Positions 36,341-49,800 of a DNA stretch of 64,000 bases are shown here, piece by piece. Source of the stretch: Octopus sinensis (taxonomy: Eukaryota); assembly GCF_006345805.1 (NCBI RefSeq), contig NC_042999.1, forward strand, positions 135,904,001 to 135,968,000, written 5' to 3'. Under the pieces are notes generated by a model. The model worked only from the letters and a program-made list of their open reading frames with translations, ran no database searches and was not told where the DNA came from. Made by a program: the position numbers and the translations under genes. Every line of letters starts with the position of its first letter. The stretch's first letter is position 1.

Positions 36341-39300
36341 TTTATTACAAGAAACAGCCAGGTTTCTTTCTCTAATGTTTTACATAGTTGAAACTACACA
36401 AGTGAATGTGTGAAAAACAAAATGAAAATTTTGAAAGAAGTATCTATAAAACTCATTTAAAAACATCAAATAGCTATGGGGTCCACCAGAATAAAATATT
36501 AATCAAAAGGGTTCATAGATAAAAAGATGGTTGAGAACCACTGGTCTAGACAGTCATTAGAGTGAAATTTATTTCTGCATATACACTATAATCAACGAAC
36601 AGAATGGTTTTTATTAGCACTCTCCGCTTCTCTGCAAACTACCTTGATAAAAATGACAGTGACATCAGTATTATAGCCAGTGATGTTTAATGGACATGTT
36701 GGGCAATACCATACAGGTAAAAAGGCATGAAAGGTTGAAAAAACAAAATTAATCACATGTAGAATTTGAACCTGGAACACAAAGAGGCATCGCTAGGAGC
36801 TTACAAAGTAGGCATAGCTAGGAGCTTACAAAGTAGCTCATTCAATGTTATGATGAGTCTGTCATCCACTGTCTTTTGAGTGACAATGATGATGATATAT
36901 AGAGAGAAAAATCAGTTTTAATGATATAGAAACCTTATAAGTCATGTGAAGACATTGCTTTTCTATCAATTACTACTGCTCTAATTTATCTGTGAGGAAA
37001 TTGGCATGACACTTAGTTATGGTTTGATTTATAGCAGCAATTGGGATTAATATTTGTTGATTCCAACCAAACAGAATAAAATAAATAAATAAACAATAAA
37101 AATAAACAAATAAATAAATAATTGTTGTGTGATAAATGAAGTCACTTACAAAGTATGACACCACATTATTAAAGAAACATTAAGAAAAGAAGGAGAAAGC
37201 AACTCTTGTAAACTTTGTAGTCGATTCCTTAATTTGAAACAGTTGTATTTACATTAACATACAGACAAGAGGAAACCAAAGATGTGTGATCAATTTTGTG
37301 TAAATGATAATGATTAGTTTGATCAAAGTTGTATTTTGACTGCTCCTCTGAATCTTTTGCTGACAGGAGAATTTTGTGAAGTGATAGAAAAATATGCTCA
37401 TAGTAATTTAGTCAAACAATATTTATGTTACTATCTTTATGAATCAGATTGCACTGCTTATTTTGCACAGAACTTTCCACACTGACAACTTGATTTGCAA
37501 TGGTTGTCTTCATTCTAACAATTTTAGTCGTTTAGATAAAAGGCAGAAAAATGTTAATAAATTATGAAATCTATGGAAAACTGACAAGTAATTATTTGTT
37601 ATAATTACAGTCCATATAAGATGAGTGCAATCTTAAACATGCATTGATGTGATGGCCCAGTTTACATGATTATGGTACTGCACTGGTCAGAATTAGAATT
37701 ACATGAAAGTCTTGTCTAAACTGTTAAATGCATTTTAAAACTGACAGCTTGTAACATTACATAAAGTCCATAGGAACATGCACAGAAATGTGTTGAGCAC
37801 ATGTACACAGATACATATGTATACATGTTTATAAAGATACAATGACTTCAAAGATGTTTTGTATCATTTTTTTTTCATTTTATCTAGTTTCAGCTCACAA
37901 GCTGTGGCCATGCTGGGGCACTGCCATTTGACTTTGTTATTAAATATTTCAGTATATCAAAGAATATTTCCATGTTAAAAGCATAAAATTCTAAAATTCT
38001 TTTGGAATAAAATTCTCATGATAAGTTCTAACCCAACAGAGTATGGGTATTAAGAAATGTAGAATACTGAGGCATATATCTAAAACAAAGTCCTGCTGTT
38101 GAAAAAAAATCTTGGGGTGTATTTGCTGCTTTGAGTTTCATTCCACAGCAAAAGTCTATATAGCTTAAGCATGTAACTATACTCCAGTATCCTGAATTAA
38201 AAAAATTTTCATACCATGTCAATGGATTAATCATTTCTTAATGACAAAATTATTGTTAAATAGTCTCAATGTTTTATAAAATATCAAGAATGAAAGTGAA
38301 AGGCAAAATAAATAAATAAATAAATAAATAAATGAATAAATAAAAGTGTGTATGATAGAATGAACAAAGTACCGTGTAATGCTCCAGGTTGTGCGCTTGT
38401 CACCATCGTGCAATTGGTCTGGTCGTTTAACAGTCACTGCAGACAAACCTGTAGTTAGGGTGCAAGTAAACAGTTATTGACAATGAATGTTGCAAGCAAA
38501 AGCATAGGAAAAGCACACAAGTAGTATTAACAAAAAGAAACTTGCCTTGGTTATTTGGTATTAAGGAGAAACAAACAAAAATTGATTACTTGTTTTGAGT
38601 AGTAATAAGGAGGGAGAAAAAAGATTCGTATAATAAAAATGATTCATTATTTTTATTATTCAATTGTATAAATCTAAAAAGCATAAATGATTTAATGTTC
38701 ATTGCAAAGTGTTTATTTTCTTTCTTAATGTTTAAGTAAAATTTTGAAATAAATCTACGTGTAGTTTTCTAGGCAATATATTCCATTGATATTAATGGCC
38801 CAGTGGAGGGAAAGAACAAAGGGTGGACGTATTTGTGATGAAGAGAAATTTTCTTGCATCACTTAGCATTACAATGGTGAGAAATAGTACGAAGAGAGAT
38901 TTAAATATCCTACTTAAAGCTGAGTCTTATGTCTCAGTCTATTTGAGAATCATGCTCCAACTATTCCAGTAAACAAAAGATAATACAACTGTTGTGCTTT
39001 TATTTATTTCATTTTATTTTATTTGGTTATTGCACTTGTTTTGAAAAAATTGAAATTTTGTATTTTTAAATAAGCAACAAAAATATTACAAAATGCAATT
39101 TCAGATCATTTCTATATAAAAGTGAAGTAGATAAAATTTATATACATGTGTGTGTGTACACATATATATACATATATATTTATATAACATATACAAACAT
39201 ATAAATATATATTTATTTATATAACATACATGTATTTATCTATATCTATATCTATATCTATCTATCTATATATATATATATTTATACACATATATACATA

Positions 39301-39367
39301 TATATATATACATATTTATATTTATACATATACATATATATATGAACACCCATGAATACAAGTATCA

Positions 39368-39425
<58 letters not shown>

Positions 39426-39727
39426 CACACATCATATATATATATACACACATATAAACGCAACCATAAATGTTTGCGCGTGTATGTAACACAACTTTTA
39501 ATTTTATGAAAGAATACTTAAAATATTTTAAAGTTTACTAAAAATATAAACTATCAATTTTCTAACAAAAAATCACAATAGAAAAATTTATTGGGTTAAA
39601 AGTGTACGTACATACATACATACATACATTTGGAAACTACCTCACTTGGAAACAGATAGAGGTTAGCAGCAGGAAGGGCATCCAGCTGTAGAAAACTTGC
39701 CACACAAATAGTGCTGCACACACATAA

Positions 39728-39758
<31 letters not shown>

Positions 39759-40357
39759 CATTATTATCAAATGCAAACATGCATAGAAACACATGTATGC
39801 ATACATATATATGTACATGTAATATACATTTGCATATGTATTTATGTTTGTATGTTTGTGTGTCTCATCATGGACTTGTAGTTCAAATCTGCCTTCAAGC
39901 ATTTCTTAACACTAAACAACAGATTTAGCTAGTGGTGAATAAAAACAAGACCATCTGTGGGAAGTTCAGCAGTGTTAGTCACCCAGTTAAGAGTTATTTC
40001 TTTGAATAGTTTTGAAAGGGAAGTAAGTAATGTATAGATTTTTAAGATAATGATGATTATGCATTGATGTGTGTATAACCAAACAAAAACAAATACAAAA
40101 AAAAAATTACAAAAACAAACAGAAAAGAATAAGAAAGAAAAACATTCGTTTTTCATAGCTCCTAATTAAGTTAAGTCAAAAACTAGCAGTCTCTGAAGGT
40201 GACCACTTTGTTGAAGTGATGAACTGATTCACCTGTTTTGTTTAACCATACATTGCAGAGATATGAAACAGAATATATAAGAGAGGAGAGGAGGAGGAGG
40301 AGAAGAAGAAGAAGAAGAAGAAGAAGAAGAAGAAAAGGAAGAAGAAATAGATAGATA

Positions 40358-40442
<85 letters not shown>

Positions 40443-40632
40443 AGCGTTAAGGAGAGTGAAAGTTAAGAAAAGAAAAATATTATTTGCCTGAAGTCAAATT
40501 TTATTGAACAGGCATCAGGCATGTAGTCACTTGAAGTGTTGAAAATAGCAGCCAAAACACTCACAAATCATACCCTTAAATAACGGCTATATTGAACAAT
40601 ACAGTTTCTCATATGCAAAGGTGGGATGACTC

Positions 40633-41024
40633 AATAACAAATGAAGGACAGGTGTCAATCCATTATGGCCATTTCTAATTACTCCATTAACTGATTAATG
40701 AGTACATTATATCAATTCCAAAGAAACTGTTTTCTTCAGATGGATTACTTTACAATGAAGGACATTCCAAATTATTTAACATAATCTTTTAAAACTACGT
40801 TAAATTATTTGGAATGTAAAGTATCCATCTGTAAAGTATCCATCTGAAGAAAACAATTTCTTTGGAAGTATCCATTGTTAAGTATCCATTTGAAGAAAAC
40901 AGTTTCTTTGGAAGTGATATTTTGGAATTGGTATTTTGGAATTGATATAATGCACTCATTAATCAATTAGAGGAGTCATTAGAAACAGCCATAATGGATT
41001 GACACCTGCCCTTCATTTGTTATT
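40633..41024. mobile_element. Imperfect foldback element with hammerhead-like cores in both arms (duplicated at 42070-42461)
   Basis: aataacaaatgaaggacaggtgtcaatccattatgg... at 40633 is inverted as ...ccataatggattgacacctgcccttcatttgttatt ending at 41024. The right arm has internal micro-duplications. Confidence 0.85.
40658..40745 (-). ncRNA. Type I hammerhead ribozyme candidate
   Basis: Minus strand reads atccat-CTGAAGA-(57 nt, including hairpin tactcattaa:ttaatggagta)-GAAA T ggcc ATA/atggat. Stem I is 6 bp perfect and extendable; stem III is palindromic atggccat; AUA triplet. The base of stem II pairs poorly. Confidence 0.55.
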
Positions 41025-41072
41025 CATGAGTGTGAGCCCAATGCTCAAGCCACTGAGCCATACACCTTTACC

Positions 41073-41126
<54 letters not shown>

Positions 41127-41780
41127 CATTATTATCAAATGCAAACATGCATAGAAACACATGTATGCATACATATATATGTACATGTAATATACATTTG
41201 CATATGTATTTATGTTTGTATGTTTGTGTGTCTCATCATGGACTTGTAGTTCAAATCTGCCTTCAAGCATTTCTTAACACTAAACAAACAGATTTAGCTA
41301 GTGGTGAATAAAAACAAGACCATCTGTGGGAAGTTCAGCAGTGTTAGTCACCCAGTTAAGAGTTATTTCTTTGAATAGTTTTGAAAGGGAAGTAAGTAAT
41401 GTATAGATTTTTAAGATAATGATGATTATGCATTGATGTGTGTATAACCAAACAAAAACAAATACAAAAAAAAAATTACAAAAACAAACAGAAAAGAATA
41501 AGAAAGAAAAACATTCGTTTTTCATAGCTCCTAATTAAGTTAAGTCAAAAACTAGCAGTCTCTGAAGGTGACCACTTTGTTGAAGTGATGAACTGATTCA
41601 CCTGTTTTGTTTAACCATACATTGCAGAGATATGAAACAGAATATATAAGAGAGGAGAGGAGGAGGAGGAGAAGAAGAAGAAGAAGAAGAGAAGAAGAAG
41701 AAGAAGAAGAAGAAGAAGAAGAAGAAGAAGAAGAAGAAGAAATAGATAGATAGAGATAGATAGATAGAGATAGATAGATA

Positions 41781-41878
<98 letters not shown>

Positions 41879-42094
41879 AGCGTTAAGGAGAGTGAAAGTT
41901 AAGAAAAGAAAAATATTATTTGCCTGAAGTCAAATTTTATTGAACAGGCATCAGGCATGTAGTCACTTGAAGTGTTGAAAATAGCAGCCAAAACACTCAC
42001 AAATCATACCCTTAAATAACGGCTATATTGAACAATACAGTTTCTCATATGCAAAAGGTGGGATGACTCAATAACAAATGAAGGACAGGTGTCA

Positions 42095-42182
42095 ATCCAT
42101 TATGGCCATTTCTAATTACTCCATTAACTGATTAATGAGTACATTATATCAATTCCAAAGAAACTGTTTTCTTCAGATGGAT
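42095..42182 (-). ncRNA. Duplicate of the 40658-40745 hammerhead candidate
   Basis: Identical sequence offset by 1437 bp within the tandem duplication. Confidence 0.55.
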
Positions 42183-42749
42183 TACTTTACAATGAAGGAC
42201 ATTCCAAATTATTTAACATAATCTTTTAAAACTACGTTAAATTATTTGGAATGTAAAGTATCCATCTGTAAAGTATCCATCTGAAGAAAACAATTTCTTT
42301 GGAAGTATCCATTGTTAAGTATCCATTTGAAGAAAACAGTTTCTTTGGAAGTGATATTTTGGAATTGGTATTTTGGAATTGATATAATGCACTCATTAAT
42401 CAATTAGAGGAGTCATTAGAAACAGCCATAATGGATTGACACCTGCCCTTCATTTGTTATTCATGAGTGTGAGCCCAATGCTCAAGCCACTGAGCCATAC
42501 ACCTTTACCTGCATATATATATAATGCAAAAACACTCCACAGACTGCAATAGTCAATTAAAAAATTTATTCGTTCTGTGCAACCTGGTACCAAATGATCC
42601 ATAACCCAACACTGGTCTATGAACCTGGTGCCTGGGGACTCATGACACAGGCAATGTAGTTCTACATTCCCCTGAATAGATAAGGTGGCCATCACTGGAA
42701 TGGTTTTGATTATAGATGTACCAACAACAGCAAGATAATGATGCCATTG

Positions 42750-43320
42750 TATCAAGATACTGGTGTCAACATATCCAACATTATAACTGCCCCCTTTAGC
42801 TTATCAAGATATCAGTGCCAATATATTCAACATCATCACCTCCTCACATCAGTCCATTAACATACTGGTGCCAACATATCTCACATTATCACAAATCCCT
42901 TCAGCCTATCAAGATATCAGTGCCAATGTATTTAACATTATCATATCCCTACATCAGTACATCAAGATACTGGTGCCCACATTGTCACTACTCTCTTTAG
43001 TCTGTCAAGATACTTGTGCCAATATATTCAAGCAAAGTCAAGACGAGGATGCACAAACATATGCACACTCTTTCATAAATACACACACATACATATATGC
43101 ACAATGGTCTTCAGTTTATCAAGACACCAATATCAATATATTCATTATTATCACCTCTCTACAACACTCCATCAAGATACTGGTGTCAACATATCACACA
43201 TTAGCATCTCTTTGCATTAATCCATTAAGATAGCAAGATAATTGTGTTGATGGACTAATATTGATACTAACATATCACCTAAATACTTTAATATATCAAT
43301 TAACTGGTGCCAATATTATC
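42750..43320. repeat. Degenerate ~50-60-bp minisatellite (atcaagatactggtgtcaacatatc core), about 10 copies
   Basis: Core recurs near 42751, 42803, 42862, 42909, 42961, 43005, 43118, 43171, 43234 and 43296. Confidence 0.75.
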
Positions 43321-43361
43321 ACTTACTTCTTGAATCCTCTTTTAATATTCTATGACATTAA

Positions 43362-43573
43362 GGTAGCGAGGTGGCAAAAACATTAGCATGCCAGGGGAAA
43401 AGCTTAGTGGTATTTTGTCTGTCTTTACATTCTGAGTTCAAAATTTGTTGAGGTCGACTTAGCCTTTCATCCTTTTGGGGTCAATAAATTAAGTACCAGT
43501 TGCATACTGGTATCAATCTAATTGACTGCCCCCTCCCCACAAAAATTAGAGCCTTGAGCCTAGAGTAGAAAGG
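43362..43573 (+). mobile_element. SINE family B with 18-bp TSD
   Basis: TSD aatattctatgacattaa at 43344-43361 and 43574-43591. A second, decayed copy follows at about 43640-43800. Confidence 0.88.
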
Positions 43574-44390
43574 AATATTCTATGACATTAAAGCAAGGTG
43601 TTATAAGAGTCATGACTGTGCTCAACAAAATGCCTAGAGGCATTCCTTCCAACTTTACATTCTCAGCTCAAATGCTGCTGAGGTCAACTTTGCCTTTCAT
43701 CCTTTTGTGGTCAATAAATAAAGTACCAGTTGAGCACTGGGGTCGATATAATCAACTCCCCTCTCCTGCAAAATTGCTGGCCTTGTGCCAAAGTTTGAAG
43801 CCAACATTCTGTCACATGAGCATCGCAATTTCCATTCAACATTTTCTTGAGTATAGGCAAGCTGCTGTTGTGGGAAATTAGCATTTTGGTACATAACTCA
43901 CACACACATGCACACCCTCATCATTATCATCATATTTTTTAACATCTACTTTTTTACGCTTGTGTGGGTGGAATTTATCAAGGCAGTGTGTCTAGCTTGT
44001 CACCAACCCTTACCTGTTTCCAAGTAAGGTAATATTTCTCCGTAGCCAAACGTTTTTGCAGAATAATGGAAATGCATAACACTGCTTGTATGACAATGAT
44101 GCTCATTTACAATAATCAAGTGGTGTTAAGACAAGGAGACAAAATATATGCACACTCTTTCACACACACACACTCACATACACACATACATAAATACATT
44201 CATGCAAAAATACATACATATGATGGGCTTCTTTCAGTTTCTTTCTACCAAATTCACTCACAAGGCTTTGGCTGCCTTGGGGCTATAGTAAAACACTTAA
44301 TTAAGGTATTGTGCAGTAGAATGGAACCCCAAATAATGAGGCTGGAAAGCAAAACTTCTTAATTGCACAAGCATCCCATATGTGTATATA

Positions 44391-45094
44391 CGAGTGGAAG
44401 TCACAAATTATCCGCACTTTCGCCATAACATATCTTTATTATTGCCACAATGCCTTCTGCACATGCATGCTTATAGTTGGTACTACTGTGGTTGCATGAT
44501 TGAAGTTTGAGCTTGATCGTGCCATTTTTCTTTCTGGCTTTACAGTATAAGCATGGCCGCTCCACTAGCAATGTGCACCAAAGAAGAACAAAGAGCAGTG
44601 ATCCGATTTCTCTGGAAAAGGGGTGTATGATCAACAATGCAAGAAACAGTGCTTTACTGGCCAACTAACTGAAGCCAGCACTTAGCAGTAAGCACGAAAG
44701 CCTACTGTTGAAGAAAGTTTTGTTGTTGCATGACAACACACAGCTGCCTAGGCCATTGAAACCATTAACCAATTGGGTTTTGAGGTGCTAGAACACCTTG
44801 CCTACAGCCCAGATCTCACCCCTTCTGACTACCATATCTTTGGACCACTCAAAGATGGTTTATGAAGTCATTGATTTCCTATGGATGAAGACGTAAAGGA
44901 AGTGGTGCATAAATGGTTGAATGACCAACCAAAAACCTTCTTCTTGGAGGGAATAAGCAAGCTTGTGGACAGCTGGACCAAGTGCATTGAAAAGAAAGGA
45001 GACTAGATAGAAAAATGATGTACTTGTTTATCCCCTGCTTTTGTATAAATACATTGAGAAAGAAAGAGTGCATATCATTTTTGACTCTCCCTCA
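44391..45094 (+). mobile_element. Internally deleted mariner element (704 bp)
   Basis: TA-flanked degenerate TIRs. The N-terminus MAAPLAMCTKEEQRAVIRFLW is fused directly to catalytic-domain relics LLHDN, EVLEHLAYSPDL and WTKCIEKKGD. Confidence 0.9.
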
Positions 45095-45167
45095 TACATA
45101 CATAGATATATATATGTGTGTGTGTGTGTGTGAGTGTGTGCATATGCATGTGTGTATGTATGTCTTA

Positions 45168-45567
45168 TCTTTTATCATTTACTTGTTTCTGTCATTAGAC
45201 TGCAGCCATACTAGGGTGCCGTCTGGAAAAATTTTTTAGTTAAATGAATCAAACCCGGTAGTCATTCTTTAAACCTAGTACTTATTCTATTGGTCTCTTT
45301 TGCTGAACTACTAAGTTATGGGGATGCAAACACACTAACACCGGTTATCAAGTGGTGGTGGGAGACAAACACAGACACAAAACACACACATAGATATATA
45401 CATGTATATAAACAACAAGTTTCTTTCAGTTTCTGTCTACCAAATCCACTCAGAAGGCTTTGGTCAGCCTGAGGCTATAATAGAAGACACTTGCCCGAGG
45501 TGCTTCACAGTGGGACTGAACCTGGAACTATATGGTTGGGAAGCAAGCTTCTTACCACACAGCCATA
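45168..45567 (-). mobile_element. tRNA-derived SINE, family A
   Basis: Full-length diverged copy. Confidence 0.88.
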
Positions 45568-45629
45568 GGAGTTATACTACACTTGCTGCAAGTGACTCTC
45601 CCTTACCCACCAAAAAGAATCCCAAATAA

Positions 45630-46110
45630 TCAATCTATTCATTGATACATATCACAATTATCACTGTCATACCCATTATGGTGTCAATGTGACATATTAT
45701 ACTCACACTTATTATGACATTATTAGATCACTTGTCCCAGTCATGGATGTGGCATATTGACATATGCCACAATCATACTATTCATTGACATATGTCTCAG
45801 TTACCCCGTCCACTGATATTTGTTGCAAACTGTTCAGTGATATATGTCACTGTTATACTGTTTATTGATAAATGTCAATCATACTGTCCACTGACATGTC
45901 ACCGTCATACTGTTTATTGATATATGTCAAAGTCACACTGTTCATTGACATATGACACTGTTACAATGTTCAATGACATATGTTACATACATATACCACA
46001 ATCACACTTGCTATGATTGTTAACATGCCTGTCATGTTTGTCAATGTATGACTATTTACACTGATACACTTATTCTCATTACCTATATTACTGTCACAGT
46101 TCTCATTGAC
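45630..46110. repeat. Degenerate 26-28-bp minisatellite with palindromic core tgacatatgtca
   Basis: Consecutive units such as ctgttcagtgatatatgtcactgttata, ctgtttattgatatatgtcaaagtcaca and ctgttcattgacatatgacactgttaca. Confidence 0.8.
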
Positions 46111-49100
46111 GAAATTATTAATATTAAACTTTTTACTCTTCCACCTGCTTGAGTCACTCTTGTTATTGTCATACTAGTTATTCCATGCTTATCACTTCCA
46201 GGGCCAGTGTTTTATTTTCAATTCATGTGAACCCTGTACTGCCAACATTATTCTAAAAATAAAAACATTCTTTATTGAATATTTTGTATTAATGTTGCTG
46301 CTTTGAGGACGTGTCCTTCAGTCAAGCACTGTAAAGCTTGAAGTAATTGATCCAGAGATCCTGTTGGTCACTGCTGACATATTATGAACTGATGTCTCAC
46401 GAAACCTCATTCACTGATTTAACATAAATACTTTAAGCAATTTATTGTATCCTCTTAGTTACCACAGTCTATGATAAATTCAAATGCTTTGTGAGACATG
46501 AAGATTAGAATGTCTTGGAATCTGCAGAGATCTGGAATAGTGGAAAGTGTACAAACATGTGTAACCAATAATTGAATTCCAAAGAAGTGGATGATGATTA
46601 AGGGATTGTATGGATTCTTTTAGGATGTTGATGTCTGTCCATATTTGATTCACTGAATAAACTATAGTAAGAAGTAACAATAAGACCCATAAACCCGATA
46701 CTTTGTTTAGTGAATGATGCTATACAGCTAAATGTTACTCATGAAGAGAAACTAGCTATCATGTAACACATCAATTATTAAAGGAACACAGAATCACAAC
46801 AGTAATTTTCCTAATCAAGCATTTCGTTTCAATGGGGAGATTACTATTGACGACAGCCAACTACAGAAAGTGTTTGTTATTAAGCAACATCAAGTATTGG
46901 ATATAGGATGAAATGAGTCTGAGAGATTAAAACAAAATACTGAGATTTTTAAAAATAAAATATGCAGGCAATTAAATGATATTTCAATAGTATAATCTCT
47001 AAAATATAGAGACCAGAAATTAATAGAATTGTTATATGACTTGTAGATGATAAGTTCAAACTCATTTAAACTGGTATTAGGAAAAGAATTTAAAGTCTTA
47101 GTCCCAGAATCACCTGATTCCTAATAGATTGATGCATGCATCTATAAAAAGGGTGAGAGACAGACATAGATAGACAGAAGGAAAAATAGGTGGCTAGATT
47201 GATAGATTGATAGATAGAGAGGGTAAGAGATATTGATAGAGATTTCTATCTGGCTCACTGATATTTCAAAAATAAACAATATTTTATTAAAGACAATGAG
47301 AAGTAGAAAATATCACTTAGATGGCATGATGGGAATAATCAGAGGGATATGGTTAATGTTGATGATGCGAATGCAGACCAGTAGAAAATATATATTAAAA
47401 AAAAATTTGCAAGTTAATTGAAATCTTAAAGACTCATGTTGAAATTCCAGCTACCTATAATGTGGGAAATATTTCACTTATTCTCAGAAATCAGAATTCT
47501 TTTCCTAATTTATTCTTTCAGATAATTTTTCATTTCTATTTTGGTGTTAATTGCTTCTAAGCTGCAGTATTCCTATCAACCAAACATGTAAAATGGAACT
47601 GACCAAATATTATTGGCAAAATAGTTTATTGATTTTCCTAGATGTTTGTGTGAACCACAGAAGACGGAAGAGAAAAGAGGAGAAGATGATGATAAAGAAA
47701 AACTAATAATGTTCTTCCATGATCTTTTATTTCTGTATCCATTTTCACAACTTTTAGAAATGAAGAATGCTTTTTAGCAACTTTTAGAATGCTTTTTAAT
47801 TTAATTAAACAATTGATTGTACATTAGCTCAAGAACTTTTTGGAATGAGTTCCCTGACAGAAATATACAATGCTTTAATCTTTCATTTGGTGATTTTAAT
47901 CTTCCTCATTGATAATTTTATTATCATTAAACACGTCACTGGTATTATTTTTATGTTTAAGATTCTTCATATTTAATGTAACATAATCATATAACATCAC
48001 AAGTTCTCAATGAGGATTTTATTATCTGAAACACTGACAAAGAGAATATTACACATTCTCTCTTATCCCATGCATAATAGCAAGAACTCATTGGAGTCTG
48101 CTGTTAAAATTACCCTAATTTTAGCTTCTGCATTCATGGGAAGAACATATTTGAAAATTTATTCATTCCTTATTGCTCACTAGATTATAGAACAGGATGA
48201 AGTTAGGATTGAGGGTGGGCAGGGAAACCTGCTAATGGCCAATATAAGTTTTTGTTCTTTCTTAAGTACTTCTTTTACAATTATCCCACCAGAACTGATA
48301 GCATCTGTGTCCCCTCACCCTGGTATAACCCCAAACCTTATTCTAGCCATTGCAATTTTACCTTGTATTGAATGAAATATTTAACACCTTCATAACAAAT
48401 CATTCTGTAACTTCATTTCTAATTTGTATTTTCACAACAAATTTACTATATTTTACCATATGGTTATACCCCTTGACCATGAGCCAACAAAGAAACCCTT
48501 ATGTGGTCATCTGACTTGTTAGAATTAGTTAGAATTTCTCTCAAATTACATCTCGGTTAGAAAAGGTAGGAGACAAATGATTATGTGATCCTCTTGCTCT
48601 ATTTCTAGTAAAAAAAGACTGGATGGCTCCGATTGGAACCCATTTGATCATAATTCAGTTTGGTGAATGCTAACCAGAAACTAAACAGCAACAGCAACGA
48701 TGACTACTACCTAATCAAGCTTCTTTGTGATATCTCAAATGTATAGTCTATAACAGAAAATGAAGACTATTGTGTGAGACATTAGTATGATTCTTAAATA
48801 AGAGAAACAGAATGTTTGTGTAATATTTGTACATTATATACAATTCCAATGACATAATTTGATTTCTGTTCCTTCTGTAAACATACATTCAGCCTAACTA
48901 TGTAAACAAACTCTGTTAAGTTTTGCTCTGTAGAATGAACCTTAGAACAGCTTAACAACTTCAAGAGTGGCTAGTTATGTCCATTCTAGACATAGAGGAA
49001 GCAGCTTAGAGCTATTTATAAAAAATGTTATCAGTGACACGTCTTCACACACACACACGAAAAAAATCATCATCAGAAGATGATTGACTATTCATTGTCC

Positions 49101-49800
49101 TATAACTAACACAATATATTGGTAATCCTGTTCAATTATCTGGGAACCATAATTGCACCTGTATGAAGTAGTCCAGAGAAATTTTCATGGTGAAATGCAG
49201 GGCAGTCAACAAGCTATCCTAGAACCTCTGAGCTATGATGGTCAATGGTGGACTTGGAACAGGAACAATAAATTAATGGGATGGGAGATAACCTTGGGTT
49301 GACTAAAGCCTTGTGAATGGATTTGGGAGATGGAAACTGAAAAAAAAAGCTATAATGTACATGTGTGTGTGTGTGCTGACATCATGTGTAAACAAATATC
49401 ACAGGCTTATAAGCAATGTCCATTGTTTCCAATCTTCCATGAAAACATGCCCAGGCATGGAAAATACTACCTTACTTGGGAACAGGTGAGAATTGGCAAT
49501 GGAAAGGGCATCTGGCCATAGAAAATCTGCCTCAATGAATTCTGTCCTACTGATGGGAAAGAGCTGCCGCCTCCTCCTCCTCTTCCACGAACTGTAAACA
49601 CTTTCACACACAAACATGTAAATATATGGCAGGCTTCTATGCAGTTTTCGTCTACAAGTTTTAATTGCAAGGCATTGGTGAACCTAAAGGTATAGAAGAG
49701 GACAGTTGCTCAAGGTACCACTCAGTGGGATATAATCTAAAACACCTTGGTTATGAAGTGGTCTCTATATTGACTCATCCACGTCAGAGCCTAAGATATC

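Larger units (their letters stand above)
39756..42512. repeat. Recent tandem duplication, two ~1.37-1.44 kb units (39756-41075 and 41124-42512)
   Basis: Units look identical except for microsatellite tracts and a 1-bp indel (gcaaagg vs gcaaaagg). All three boundaries are (TA)n tracts. Confidence 0.97.
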
